Below the pieces are notes generated by a model, which did not search any database, was not told the origin of the DNA, and was given only the letters and a program-made list of their open reading frames with translations. From the IMG/VR virus record IMGVR_UViG_3300025129_000005: 64,000 nt of DNA. One strand, written 5' to 3'. Each line of letters starts with the position of its first letter. The stretch's first letter is position 1. Both the position numbers and the translations under genes were made by a program. Positions 28,235 to 40,498 of the stretch are shown piece by piece. This stretch comes from a virus (Duplodnaviria; Caudoviricetes).

Positions 28235-28594
28235 ATGAAAAATCAAGAAATTTTCAGTATTATCCGAAACGAATTCACCGAGGAAATCGCGGTTAACGCA
28301 ACTATCCTCATTTTAATCAATAAAACTCTTATGCCATATAATGAAGAAATGGTCAACAATGGTCTGTATGTTGAACGTCTAAAAAGTCAATATGTTAATG
28401 TTCTGTGGCAGCTTGACAAAGAAAAACAAGATCTCTGTATGAAGATTTGGGATGTCTGGCATACATTCGAGATTGGTCATAATATGGATGGTCTTGGTGG
28501 GTGTAAGAAAAAAACTCTCAAAGAACTAATTGGTATTGAACAAGTTGATGAACCCTTGACATCGAAACAAATTCTTGATAATATGGATAGGTGA
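28235..28594 (+). CDS. Hypothetical protein
   Basis: ORF track; start and end each duplicated in flanking DNA. Confidence 0.6.
   Translation: MKNQEIFSIIRNEFTEEIAVNATILILINKTLMPYNEEMVNNGLYVERLKSQYVNVLWQLDKEKQDLCMKIWDVWHTFEIGHNMDGLGGCKKKTLKELIGIEQVDEPLTSKQILDNMDR
28570..28594 (+). repeat. 25-bp direct repeat, copy 1 (copy 2 at 28809-28833)
   Basis: AATTCTTGATAATATGGATAGGTGA exact at both sites. Confidence 0.9.
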
Positions 28595-28606
28595 AAGGAT
28601 AATAAA

Positions 28607-31518
28607 ATGAACGAAGACTATAATAGTAGGATAAAGAAAGTGTATTTTCTTTTAAATTATGCATTAAGTCACCTTCCACCCAATGAAGAGGAAAATCACC
28701 CATTTAAAAATGACTATGAATTAAATGTAAAACTAGCAAGAAGAAATGTATTAGAAGCATATAGTGAAATTATGAATATGATTTATGAAGAACAAGATTG
28801 TTAAAACGAATTCTTGATAATATGGATAGGTGAGTGATGAATAAATTATCAGACAATGATATAGATGAAATAATTGATCTTGTGGATCATTCATGGGAAA
28901 ATAATAAAGATTTTCGTGGTAGATATAGGAAAGAATATTTTATATCAGACTTGAGATGTTTATTGCGAAACAGGAGTTCCGGTCTGCGTGAAAATGTATG
29001 TATTCATTGTTTGGGGACAGGATATAAAACAAATGAGTAATTTTAAAGTATCAGCAACTCTACAAGCATCATTGAATGTTGATTGTCCGAAATGTGAAGA
29101 AACATTCGATGCTTTTGACCAAGACAATGCAGGTGATATCCTTACACCAATTTTTTATAATGCATGGGATGATCTAATTGGTTGTGAGTTGAGTTGTCCC
29201 TATTGTAAAGAAGAAATTGAACTTACAGAAATTATCTGGTAGGAGATAATAATTGTGCGTAAGTATAAAATTGAAATTATGGAAACTCGAATGTTATCCG
29301 AGTTGAACTGTGATATCTGTGGAATGGATATCATAAACACACCACTCGAAGAACAAGAATCAATCTCAATCTCAGATGTCGGTGGATATGGCTCTGTTTG
29401 GGGTGATGGATACGAGTACCAACTAGATATGTGTCAGCACTGCTTCAAGGAGAAACTTGGTCAATATGTGAGGATTTTGTGATATGTCCTGAATGTGATG
29501 ATACTGTTATGACCGAGGGATTATGTAAAGATTGTAGAAATACAATGTTATCTAAACATAATTGTACTGATTGTGCATGTGAATCATGGATACAACCATG
29601 TGAATCATGTGATAATCATATAAATCAAAGGAATCATTATAAATGAAACAGAAATATACACTCAAATTTGCTCTTGAAGTAGAGATTGAGATCAACGGCG
29701 AAAGACCAAGTGATGAAATTCTACAAGATCGATTTATTGATGCTGTGAGTGAGAGATTTCCTAGTGTCGTATTTGATGATGATGAACTTGATTGTACTGT
29801 ATTTGTAAATTCATGGTGTTATGATATGTTCACAATCAACGAGAACAAATAAGTGAATAGTGAATACGGAATAACTTATTATATAACAGCAGAAGACCCA
29901 AGATATCCTATTTTGGTCTTACAAGGTGAATTTGGGTCTGTTGGATATTCATTAAATAAGGAAACAGGACACTTGCATAGAGTTTGTCTATGTCATGCTC
30001 ATAATGATAATGAATGTTGCTGTGGAGCATGGAGTGAGGATATATGAATTTAACTGATGATGATTTTGTAAAAATTTGTGAAGACGCCAACGAATCGTAC
30101 AATAAACAGTCTGATTATTTTGTTGTTCAGAAAGACTTTCGTGATAGTTATGATTATCATTTGATTATGTCTACAGCAAAACATCTATTCAAAAAAGAGA
30201 ATGATTTGAGGGATGTCATCAGAGAAGTTCAAAATATCTGTATTGAATCACTTGATAATGTTGGTGAAATTTGTATGAATACCGAAGATTCAGCAAAAGT
30301 CTTAACTATGCTAAATTATAAAGTGAAATAAAAAGTGTTGAATATGAGAAATAAATTCTTATCAGAGTTAATGGGATTAAAATATCATGAAGTAACACAT
30401 TCTCCATACGTGTTTGAGCTTGAAGGTATATCCGAGACTCGTTACAAACATAAATGTTCATGTGGTGCTGGATGGAATTCTATTCACGAATATGATGTAT
30501 GTATTACAAGAAACCTTGATTTTTCCACATGGGATAGTTTCGGTAAACTGTGGGAGTTCTCAGTCAAAAAAGACTGGTGGAATGAATTTGCTTGTGAACA
30601 AATTGAAACTATCACAGGTAACTATAGTTCATGGCTTGACGAAGAAATGATTAATCCTAGCGTATTTGCAGATAAAATTTACGAATTCTTGAAGGAGAGA
30701 TAAAATGAGTGGTGGACATTTTGATTATCAACAATACCGTCTTCATGATATAGCACAAAGTATTGAAGAAATTATTGCTCATAATAATGTTGAAAATGAG
30801 TATGGATATTCTTATGGATTTTCAGAAGAAACTCTTGAAGAATTTCGTAAAGCAGTAGACTACTTAAAAATTGCTGAAGTTTATGTTCAACGTGTTGACT
30901 GGTTGGTATCTGGTGATGATGGTGAAGATGATTTCCATAAACGGCTGAAAAAAGAACTTCAAAAAATTGTTGCGAGATAAATTATATGAAATATGAAGAA
31001 GCAAAAATCCGGTGTCACATAAGATCCGCGATTTATCGGGAAGCGGAACCTCACATCAAATATTGGAAGAATCATCCAAAAACATTAGATGAAAGGGTTA
31101 TAGAATATGATAAACTATGCAGTGATTGGAAAGAGTATGATCCTAGAGAAGACGATGATTGTTCGTTATCATTTTTTAACGATTAAAGATTGAAAAAAAC
31201 AGATGTTGACTTTTTCTTTGTATTAGGATATGATATATGTATAAACGATGAAGGGATTCTAAAATGTTCTATAAAACTGTGGAATTTAAGAAACGTATTG
31301 ATGGTACCATGTATGCACATTTTCAGAATGTACCGGGGGATCGAGAGGAAATTGAGACCAAACCGAATCCTTGCGGTTTCTACGATCATCCACAAGATAT
31401 GCCTGATCAAGAGGCTTTTGTGACGCTTAAACAAGCCATGATAGATAATTATAAAAATGAAATAAAAGCCTTAGAAAAATTAATAGCTTCTGTGGAGAAT
31501 GTACAATATAAAAACTGA
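28607..31518 (+). other. Array of about 11 small co-oriented hypothetical early ORFs (28607-28804, 28834-29040, 29033-29242, 29255-29482, 29643-29852, 29853-30047, 30044-30331, 30335-30703, 30705-30980, 30986-31186, 31264-31518), several with Cys pairs
   Basis: Tightly packed ORFs with coupled stop/start; TTGACT-17-TATGAT promoter at 31206-31234. Confidence 0.6.
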
Positions 31519-31547
31519 ATTTATTAATTTAATCGATACGTTAAAAG

Positions 31548-31576
31548 TTGACTTGAATAATCGTTTATAGTATCAT
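31548..31576 (+). promoter_or_regulatory. Sigma70-like promoter of the ncRNA locus
   Basis: TTGACT(31548)-17-TATCAT(31571). Confidence 0.55.
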
Positions 31577-31593
31577 ATACATAGTGGTTGAGA

Positions 31594-31857
<264 letters not shown>

Positions 31858-31860
31858 TAA

Positions 31861-31954
31861 ATGAATAGTAGTTGTAGAAGTGTCGATGTATGAAATTCGC
31901 TCTTTCGTTATTAGGTAGCACCTATAAAATTCGATAACTACAACTACTGTTCAT
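31861..31954 (+). ncRNA. Long-stem structured RNA candidate
   Basis: 17-bp closing stem ATGAATAGTAGTTGTAG/CTACAACTACTGTTCAT; internal TAGGT/ACCTA hairpin. Confidence 0.45.
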
Positions 31955-31966
31955 ACATTAATACTA

Positions 31967-32006
31967 ACAAAACCTCATCATTTATGAACAAGTGATGAGG
32001 TTTTGT
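31967..32006. terminator. Bidirectional terminator
   Basis: 14-bp stem ACAAAACCTCATCA/TGATGAGGTTTTGT between convergent units. Confidence 0.75.
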
Positions 32007-32017
32007 CTTACTTATTA

Positions 32018-32233
32018 TTAGACTAAATCTCTCAACTGTTTTTCTAATTTTCTCATTTCTGTTTCTATTTTCATTATCTTCTTCTTTAATTCTTTATCAG
32101 TCACCCTAACAGAAACATATCTAAAATATTCATCAAACTCATTCCATTTAATTAATGCACTTTCTATTTGATGATAATCATTTATGTCTTTTTCACCAAT
32201 ATATTTCTCTGTGATATAATTTATATTATTCAT
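32018..32233 (-). CDS. Small protein with leader-like N-terminus
   Basis: 'EKYIGE'; GGAGG SD. Confidence 0.6.
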   Translation of the reverse strand: MNNINYITEKYIGEKDINDYHQIESALIKWNEFDEYFRYVSVRVTDKELKKKIMKIETEMRKLEKQLRDLV

Positions 32234-32244
32234 TTATAATCCTC

Positions 32245-32556
32245 CTATGATATGTAAGCATTAAGTTCGTAAGTATTTCTGTCCGTATCTCTGTTATAAA
32301 CCTGAAAATGAAGAGCTTTTCGTTGCTTTTTACCACCTTTGTATAGCGGAATGCTCAATTTAACAGTTTTACCTTTTGAAGGTTTCTTTGGTCCTGTTCC
32401 TATAATATCAAATGTCTCAGAATCATCAGTCTCATATCCCATTCTTTTTGCCAAAGCAAGAGCCTCGTCAGCAGCAGAGGTATACGTGTCATGATACAAT
32501 TCATAATCACTTTTGGCTTCATTAATATACTTTGTTATTTTGCTTACAATATCCAT
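32245..32556 (-). CDS. Small protein with leader-like N-terminus
   Basis: 'TKYINEA'; AAGGAG SD. Confidence 0.65.
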   Translation of the reverse strand: MDIVSKITKYINEAKSDYELYHDTYTSAADEALALAKRMGYETDDSETFDIIGTGPKKPSKGKTVKLSIPLYKGGKKQRKALHFQVYNRDTDRNTYELNAYIS

Positions 32557-32568
32557 TTATTTTCTCCT

Positions 32569-32823
32569 TTATATCATCACATAAACATATTTATTGTCAC
32601 TATATTTTTCCAATGATATATCACGAGTATATCTATGACCTCTTTTATCCTCAAGGGTAATGCTATCAGAATCGGGTAAAAGGTTCTTGTCAATTAAAAT
32701 GGTTTGATTTGATTGTCTCACCCCTTTTACTTTCTTTGTTCTGGATATATGACCCAATACATCGAAAACTTCTGTAGTGGATTCACATAGGTATTGCTCC
32801 ACGATAGAATCAATGTTTTTCAT
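32569..32823 (-). CDS. Small protein with leader-like N-terminus
   Basis: 'EQYLCE'; AGGAGG SD. Confidence 0.6.
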   Translation of the reverse strand: MKNIDSIVEQYLCESTTEVFDVLGHISRTKKVKGVRQSNQTILIDKNLLPDSDSITLEDKRGHRYTRDISLEKYSDNKYVYVMI

Positions 32824-32849
32824 GTGATATTCCTCCTTTTTGATATTTG

Positions 32850-32857
32850 TATTTATA
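32850..32857 (-). promoter_or_regulatory. T4-type late promoter
   Basis: TATAAATA on the minus strand, upstream of three leader-bearing genes. Confidence 0.55.
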
Positions 32858-32863
32858 ATTTTC

Positions 32864-32892
32864 TTGACATACCACGAAGATTGACCTATACT
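32864..32892 (+). promoter_or_regulatory. Sigma70-like early promoter
   Basis: TTGACA-17-TATACT. Confidence 0.65.
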
Positions 32893-32922
32893 ATATTTAT
32901 CGTTGGCATTTAGCGGAGAGGA

Positions 32923-33201
32923 TTGATTATGAAAGAAGTCACAAAAACCAAATTGAATGATTGGTCACATGGTTGGTTGTCGGTAAAACGTAAAGAACTT
33001 GATGAACTTGGTATTGCTGATGACATTACCCCCTACTCGTATCAACGTGGTCAATCTGTCTATCTCGAAGAAGATTATGATATGATTACCTACCTTCGGG
33101 CACAGGAAAGACGTGGTGTCAATGTCAACATTAAATATGGTAAAAGGTGTTATAAGAATTCCCCTGTCCGTTCCTATAAAAGCTATACAACAAGGGTATA
33201 A
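32923..33201 (+). CDS. Hypothetical protein
   Basis: 'HGWL.V...YLEED.D' ORF downstream of promoter. Confidence 0.6.
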   Translation: MIMKEVTKTKLNDWSHGWLSVKRKELDELGIADDITPYSYQRGQSVYLEEDYDMITYLRAQERRGVNVNIKYGKRCYKNSPVRSYKSYTTRV

Positions 33202-33203
33202 GT

Positions 33204-34226
33204 ATGAGAAAATTATCAAGTATTCAGAAAATTATGAACATTCAACCAATTGAAGGTGCTGATCGAATTGAAGTCGCAACTGTCAATGGTTGGAAAGTTG
33301 TTGTCGGGAAAGGTGATTTTAATGTAGGCGATTTGTGCGTCTATTTTGAAATTGATTCTATTCTCCCATTAGACAAATTCCCTGAATTAGAAAATTCCAA
33401 AGGGCGCATCAAAACTATTCGTCTTCGTGGTCAACTCTCACAGGGGTATTGCATTACTTTCGATAGATTTAAGAAAATTCTTGATGATGGTGATTTTTGG
33501 GATAAAATGGATGAAGATATCTCCATTGTTAACTGGAAAGTAGGGGATGATGTAACTAATTTCCTTGGTGTCGAAAAATACGAACCTCCTATTCTGTTCA
33601 AAAATGGTGATGCAAAGGGGGTCTTCCCTTCTTATATCCTCCCTAAGTCCGATGAAGATCGTATTCAATCCAACATGGATTACCTTGACAAGTTTAAAGG
33701 TCTTCCTTGGGTGGCAACCGTCAAATATGATGGTACTTCCGCGACTTTTGGATATGACAACGATGAGTTCTTTACATGTTCACGTAATCTTAAAATCCAT
33801 GATGGTGATAACGTTTATTGGAATATTGCCCGTAAATACAAACTTCACGAAATCCCCCCTTATCTTGTTGTTCAGGGTGAAGTTGTAGGACCTGGAATCC
33901 AAAATAACCGTCTCGGACTCAAAGATATAGAATTCCATATTTTTCGTGTTTATGACCAACTCAAAAAGAGGTATTTGTTTTATGATGAAAGAATTAAATT
34001 ATGCAAATCTTATGGTATTCCACATGTCGCATTAGACTCTCGCGGTGATCATTTTGATATGACACTCGAAAAAGTACTTGACATTGCAGAAGGAAAATAT
34101 AATAATACCAAGAATGAAAGGGAAGGACTCGTATTTGAAGTGGATGGTTTGGTGAACACTGAATTTGGTGGACACTTGAGTTTTAAAGTAATAAGTAACA
34201 AATTCTTACTTAAAGGCGGGGATTAA
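33204..34226 (+). CDS. ATP-dependent RNA ligase, DRB0094-like, with N-terminal OB module
   Basis: 'IQPIEGADRIE', motif I 'VKYDGTS', 'QGEVVG', 'EGLVF', 'FKVISNKFLL'. Confidence 0.88.
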   Translation: MRKLSSIQKIMNIQPIEGADRIEVATVNGWKVVVGKGDFNVGDLCVYFEIDSILPLDKFPELENSKGRIKTIRLRGQLSQGYCITFDRFKKILDDGDFWDKMDEDISIVNWKVGDDVTNFLGVEKYEPPILFKNGDAKGVFPSYILPKSDEDRIQSNMDYLDKFKGLPWVATVKYDGTSATFGYDNDEFFTCSRNLKIHDGDNVYWNIARKYKLHEIPPYLVVQGEVVGPGIQNNRLGLKDIEFHIFRVYDQLKKRYLFYDERIKLCKSYGIPHVALDSRGDHFDMTLEKVLDIAEGKYNNTKNEREGLVFEVDGLVNTEFGGHLSFKVISNKFLLKGGD

Positions 34227-34228
34227 TC

Positions 34229-37200
34229 ATGGGAAATCGTGCGGTTATTTGTCACAGTGAAGAACCCGATTCAGTAGGTATTTATCTTCATTGGAATGGT
34301 GGTCTTGAATCAGTTCTCGCATTCCTTGATGTAGCAAAGGATCGTGGATATCGCCTTCCCGCATCAGATGAACAATATAGCATGGCTCGTCTTTGTGGAT
34401 TGATTTGTGAATACTTTGAAGGTTCTACTTCCGTTGGTATTGGCTGTCTCAATCAACTTGACACGGACAATTACGACAATGGCACATATCTTATTGGGGG
34501 CAATTGGGAAATCATCAAACGGTTTGGTGATGGTTCCGAACCAGATAAGTTGAGCTATAGTGACCTGAACCATAATCAGACTGCATTATATCATAAGATC
34601 AAAGGGGAATTATCCAAATGAAAGTATATGAATTGATGGATATCCTGAAAGACCATGACCCCGAAATGAGGGTTGTGGTCAGGGGATATGAAGCAGGATA
34701 TGATGATGTTGACAGAGTTGTCAAACTTAATGTCTGTCTCAATGTCCACAAGGAATGGTACCACGGTAAACATGATATACTTGATAGTGCTGATGAGGCA
34801 GAAGAATATCAACAAGAGGAAGTTTTGTATCTAAGGGGAGACGGAAATGAGTGATGATTCTTGGTATAAACCATCAGAAAAACTGCCAGAATATACAACA
34901 CATGCTACGGGTAATCGTTTTTGTGTAATTATTGCAAGCTTTGGGGGGATGGTGACAGAGACACTGTATGAAGAGGGTGAATGGAAACCCATGCATATTG
35001 ACGGTGTAAATGTATCACCTGATTGGTGGAGATATATGCCGGTTCCCCCTGTAACAGACAAATAAAAGAGATCATAAAATGTCAGAATATACACCAGACA
35101 AATGGTTAATTGTAACAATAAGCGGTTATGATCCTCATTATAGAGTTTTTGCAACGTGGTCTGGTGGATATCTTGATGGTGACTCATGGAAGATGAATTC
35201 TGGTATCACATCAGTCACAGAAGACGATTATTATTACTACTTCAAGGGATCTTCTGGTTCTGTATATAATTGCCGTAAGACCTCTTATGGATCAAATGGT
35301 TACGGTTTGAGTGTTATTAATAACTTCATTAAACAAAGCGAAAAAGACGGGGTTTTTATCATTGAAATCATGGGTGAAGATTTTGATGTCATGAACACTG
35401 ATTGGATTATTTGATGATAAAAGTAGGTCAAAACGTTAGAATAATCAATTATGGTGGAATGTATAGTTCCTATAACGATATGGCGAAACACATGGGTTTG
35501 CTGTATTTCAAGACACATGAACTGGTAACATTTGATTTTTCTCAAATCATGACCGTTATATATGTATCTCCGCATTTGAAATTCCCCGACAGTGCCACTT
35601 TAGTAGGAATAAGAGGAAAAGATATTAATGGAAATTTTCGTGACTATATCTATCACATAGATAGTCTTGAGGCTGTATCAGAAGATATTTTATCAGAAGA
35701 TTTATTTCGGATTTAGGAGATGAAATGTTAGATTTTGAGACATTTAGAAATGCTTTGTTTACCATTAAACAAAATGTTATACGAGATAGACAATTACAGA
35801 ACCTTGTTGGGGATGGTGTCGGCACATATACAGTTGACTCTAATGATTGTATCGTTGAGCTATTAGAACACCATTTTAACGGCGACAAAGACAAGTGGAT
35901 TGAGTGGTGGGCATGGGAATGTGATTTTGGTACAAAAGATTGTTATTACATAGAAAAAGACTCCAAGGAAAGGTATGATATTTCTGACCCAAGGGATTTC
36001 TATAATTTTATTGTTGAAATTTATGAGATGACGTGATATTATGTATTTGTTGGTGACGAAACCCCCTTAAGAAAGGAAAAATATGGTCGCCAAGAATTTC
36101 GAAAAAAATTATGGAAGAAGCTAACATGGCCGCAGAAGCTGCAGGTGATAAATGGGTAGTGGAACACACTGAACCAGTATATGCTGTCTATAATGCTGAT
36201 GTTATTACTGGTAAAGCATATGGCAAAAGCCTTGGTACCATGTTAGATGTTTGTGGCATTGCGTATGTCCAGATTACCGATAAACGTACAGGGTTCGCCA
36301 AATATATCAAAAAGATTCAAAATGGTTATAATAATGCCGTTCATTTAAACAGCAAATATTCCGGGCGTCAAGAATGGGGTCTTCGTGAGGCATGTTCATA
36401 TGCCGCTCTTAACGTTCTCGACAGTCACGGTATTAAGGGTGTTTCTGTCTGGTCTCATATTGACTGAAATATTAACCTAGTGAGGAGTAAAATGGATTAC
36501 GAATTAATATATGAAAAAAAGAAAAAACGAGACTTGGCATTAAAAGAAAAATATCCCAAAATTCTAAAAAATCTTGGTGGTAATGCAAGAGAAACTTGTA
36601 TGTCATGGGTTCATGATGGTATTTCTGTAAATGATGGATGGTTACCTTTGCTCGATAAATTAATGCATTGCCTTCAATTTCACCATGATAAAAATGGGTA
36701 TCCACAAGTCGTTGCTGACCAGATCAAAGAAAAATTCGGAACACTACGTTTTTACTATCATACAGAAGAAAATGATACTAATCATCCCTATAAAGGGGAA
36801 ACAAGAAGTTCTGATTACCTAAGTGGTATTATTAGTTTTGCAGAATCTATGTCTTCTATGATTTGTGAGAATTGTGGTGACCACGGAGAAATAACCAGAA
36901 ACGGATGGATTAAAGTTCGTTGTAAAAATTGTACAGATAACAAAGAAAAGGAGTAATTTATACCACTATTTGAAGTATCAACCCGTCACAAGCATATGGT
37001 CGAAGCTAAATCACTTGAGAATTCTCACTGGATGGGTGAAGGACTCATTCATGAAGCATTGACATTCTTGAATCAAACGAGTAAACTACAATAAACTCTT
37101 AACAAGAAAGGAAAAGACATGCATTTCAAATACTCCGAACTTAAAAAATTGCGCCTCGAATACGATTTATCCGCAGAAGAACTACGTGAATTTGTTGAAC

Positions 37201-38783
37201 ATGTTATGGTATGTGATGATGATTTTGTAATTGGTCGCTATCGCTATATTAATGGAGATGAGATCGACAAAATCATGCAAGATGAGCTATCCAGTGATGA
37301 GTATATCCTTGGTTGCTTTAATGCATGGTTACTTGCTAGTGTTCTGGAAATTGACCAAGATGTGATTGAGGAAATGCAGAAGTGTGAGGCATATACCGCA
37401 ATTGGTAAACTGGTTCTGTCTTTGGGAAAACTGGAAAAACTACAGGAGTCATACGTTCAGGCTGATGGTTATGGTAACCACTTCGACCATTATAGCGGCT
37501 CGACTGACGAAATTCATTTCAGTGATGATATTCCTTCTTTCTACAGGTTCAGGAATGATTAACGGTGTTACCATAGATTTCACCGAAGAAATGGTATTGA
37601 ACAATTCAAGTCTACCTAAAGGCATGAAAGATTTTAGATATTATCGCGCTGAAATATGGTCTGATAAAGATCAACATTATGCACATGAATTTGGTGGTCT
37701 ATGGTTACCAAAACATGTTGATATTTGTTTAATAGAAGACTTCATAAATGAGAGGATCAAAGAGTCATGAATTATGTCGTCACAATGTATCGTTGGGGTT
37801 GTAGGGAAAACCATAGTTATGTGGTAGGTGTTTATCACAACGAACAAGATGCCATCAATGCCGGTGAATTGGAAGCATGTGGTCGTGGTGGAAAGTATGA
37901 ATATGAAGTATTAGGTTTCGACGAAAACAATAACAAAACATATTCTCATAGTGAAGTTGATATAAACAAATTGACATTAGATGAATGGAAGCGGGATATA
38001 CAAAACGTCCAATTGGTTGAAAAATAATTATAAGAAAGGATTTTTAAATGAAAGCGTTGTTTACGAAAGTTAATATGTTCCGTGAGGGTGATAATCCTAT
38101 TTTTGGTCACTCAGTCACAAACATAAGCATCGACGATGAGGGTGCTGGAATGTTTATATCCTTGAAGCAATTTCCTGATACAGGTGATCAAGAATTACGT
38201 TTTGATCTGGATGAAATTGATGACCTTATCAAAAATATTCAATATATGAAGGAATTAATTAAACAGTATGGAGGAGAAGATAATGATTGATTTTGATACA
38301 TTCAAAAAAACAATAAAAATAATCAAAGATTATGACGAGAAAGACCAAAAACTTCATGATTTGGTTGGTGAAGGAATAGGTACATATTCATGTAATATCA
38401 TTAGTGTTGTTATTGAACTGTTATCAAAACACTTAGATAATGATGACTGTTGGCTTAGTTGGTGGATATGGGAGTGTAACTACGGTACCGAACACTGTTT
38501 ATACAACGAGAAAGATTCGGATGAGGATATTGACTTGTCTGATATCAGGGTTTTCTATGACTTTTTGGTGAGTCTAAAGAAAAAGGATAATTGATAAATG
38601 ACCGAACAAGAAAAACAAAGGATTAATAGTATGAGTCAGTTTGATATGGCTTATATGTGGAGATTTTCTGTAATTGGCGAACCTCTTCTTCAAGGTGATA
38701 CAGGTGATTATTTTTCCAAGGTATTCAAAGAAAAGGGTGGAATGACACCCGAAATATCCAAAAGATTAGGTTGGGGGAGATAA
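34229..38783 (+). other. Array of about 15 small hypothetical early ORFs (34229-34621, 34618-34854, 34847-35065, 35079-35414, 35414-35716, 35725-36036, 36083-36467 [A7 frameshift], 36480-36956, 37119-37562, 37555-37770, 37767-38027, 38048-38290, 38283-38594, 38598-38783)
   Basis: Tightly packed co-oriented ORFs with SD sites; 35725 and 38283 ORFs are visibly paralogous. Confidence 0.65.
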
Positions 38784-38809
38784 AAAAATATTCAGGAGAA
38801 CTATATTTA

Positions 38810-39382
38810 ATGAGCGAAAAAAATGAACGTGGACACGAAATGATGTATCCTATGATGCAAAGTACGCGCCATAACGGGCGTATATTGTATCTGGCAGGTG
38901 ACATAAACGAACACGTAGCGTCAGAAATAAATATCGAAATGATTAAACTTCAAAGAGAAGATCCGCTACAAGATATTACATTAATTGTGGATAGTTATGG
39001 TGGCGATTTATTCGCAGCATTCTCTATTGTTGATTGTATGGAAATGTTAACATGTGACATCAAAACCATTTGTATGGGAAAGGCAATGTCTGCTGGACAA
39101 TTTATTTTCTCAACGGGGGCAAAGGGAAAAAGATTTATGAGTAAACATGCCCGTTTGATGCTCCATAATCCTGTGGCTGGATATGAAGGATCTGTTCCTG
39201 ATATTGAAGTGGAAATTGAAGAATTACAGCGTTGTAGAGACCTATTCATCAAACATATTGGTGATAAATCAGGAAAAACTCCAGAAGAGATTAAAGATCT
39301 CATTAATAGAAACAAGTATTTAGATGCAAATGAAGCAATCGAACTCGGTTTTGCTGATGCTATTGTTAGTAGATTAAAGTGA
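38810..39382 (+). CDS. clpP: ClpP-family protease subunit
   Basis: 'DSYGGD', 'AMSAG' (Ser), 'LMLHNP' (His), 'EAIELGFAD'. Confidence 0.9.
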   Translation: MSEKNERGHEMMYPMMQSTRHNGRILYLAGDINEHVASEINIEMIKLQREDPLQDITLIVDSYGGDLFAAFSIVDCMEMLTCDIKTICMGKAMSAGQFIFSTGAKGKRFMSKHARLMLHNPVAGYEGSVPDIEVEIEELQRCRDLFIKHIGDKSGKTPEEIKDLINRNKYLDANEAIELGFADAIVSRLK

Positions 39383-39436
39383 GAATGATGTTATGAGTAA
39401 ATACAGTGGAACGCATTTAAAAGGGTGGCATAAGTC

Positions 39437-40183
39437 ATGGTTTTAAATCACAGCAAAAACGAAAAACCAAACGGTCGTATCCTCGCCATTGGTGATGTGC
39501 ATGGTTGCGCTAAGACACTTGAAAGTCTTATTGACCAAGTTATGCCGATGCATGATGATGTTATGGTTTTCCTTGGTGACCTAGTTGATAGAGGGGATAA
39601 AGTATTCGAAACTATTGAGTTTTGTATTAAACTCAAAGAAATGTTTCCTGAGACTGTATTCCTCATGGGTAACCACGAAGAAATGTTCATTCATTACCTT
39701 AAGGGCAATGGGACCCCGGACAGTGACGGTATATTTCGATATAATGGTGGTAATGCCACAATCGATAGCTACTTAGAGAATCTTAGGATTTTGGATGAAA
39801 TTGATAATCCGTTATGTTGGGATGATCTTCCCCAGAGTCACAGGAATTTCTACGATAACCTGAAAATTTACCACGAGATTGATGAATATGTCTTTGTCCA
39901 TGCTGGTGTACGTCCCAAGGTACCATTAGCTGACCAGTTGGCATATGATATTATTTGGATTCGTGATGAGTTCTTGTACTTCTCTAGCCCTGTTATGCCG
40001 GGTCGTATCATCGTCCACGGTCATACCCCTATGGAAAGAGAAGAAATTAATAAATACAACGAAAAATATAACGATAAATATAACTTGGATAGTGCTTGTG
40101 TTTTCGGTCTCGATTTAACCTGCCGTGATCTGACCAATGGCATTGTCACAAGAGTAAAACGTCGTGACAGGAGAGTTGGATAA
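39437..40183 (+). CDS. PPP-family Ser/Thr protein phosphatase
   Basis: 'GDVHG', 'GDLVDRG', 'GNHE', 'HGHTP'. Confidence 0.9.
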   Translation: MVLNHSKNEKPNGRILAIGDVHGCAKTLESLIDQVMPMHDDVMVFLGDLVDRGDKVFETIEFCIKLKEMFPETVFLMGNHEEMFIHYLKGNGTPDSDGIFRYNGGNATIDSYLENLRILDEIDNPLCWDDLPQSHRNFYDNLKIYHEIDEYVFVHAGVRPKVPLADQLAYDIIWIRDEFLYFSSPVMPGRIIVHGHTPMEREEINKYNEKYNDKYNLDSACVFGLDLTCRDLTNGIVTRVKRRDRRVG

Positions 40184-40497
40184 TGGAAGAATTTATTTTA
40201 TATTTAGAAGACAATACGGAACTTGTGGAGTCAGTATTTGTAGAGTATTATAACGAACAAGCTACAGTTGAGGGTGAGAATATGCAGGGGAATGAAATGT
40301 TTGGGGGTTCCGATAGTTATGACGAAGATCCTATAACCCTCTATGAAGATTTTGCTCACACAACAGGACACTCGGCGCATTACGCTGGTGCCGAAGGTGT
40401 AATACGTGAAATTGGGATTCAGGGTGGATTCGAGGTTGAAGTTGATGACGAAGAACTCCAATGGGAGATTTTAGTACTTCTCGATAGAGAGTTTTAA
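40183..40497 (+). CDS. Acidic hypothetical protein
   Basis: ORF track. Confidence 0.55.
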   Translation: MEEFILYLEDNTELVESVFVEYYNEQATVEGENMQGNEMFGGSDSYDEDPITLYEDFAHTTGHSAHYAGAEGVIREIGIQGGFEVEVDDEELQWEILVLLDREF

Positions 40498-40498
40498 T

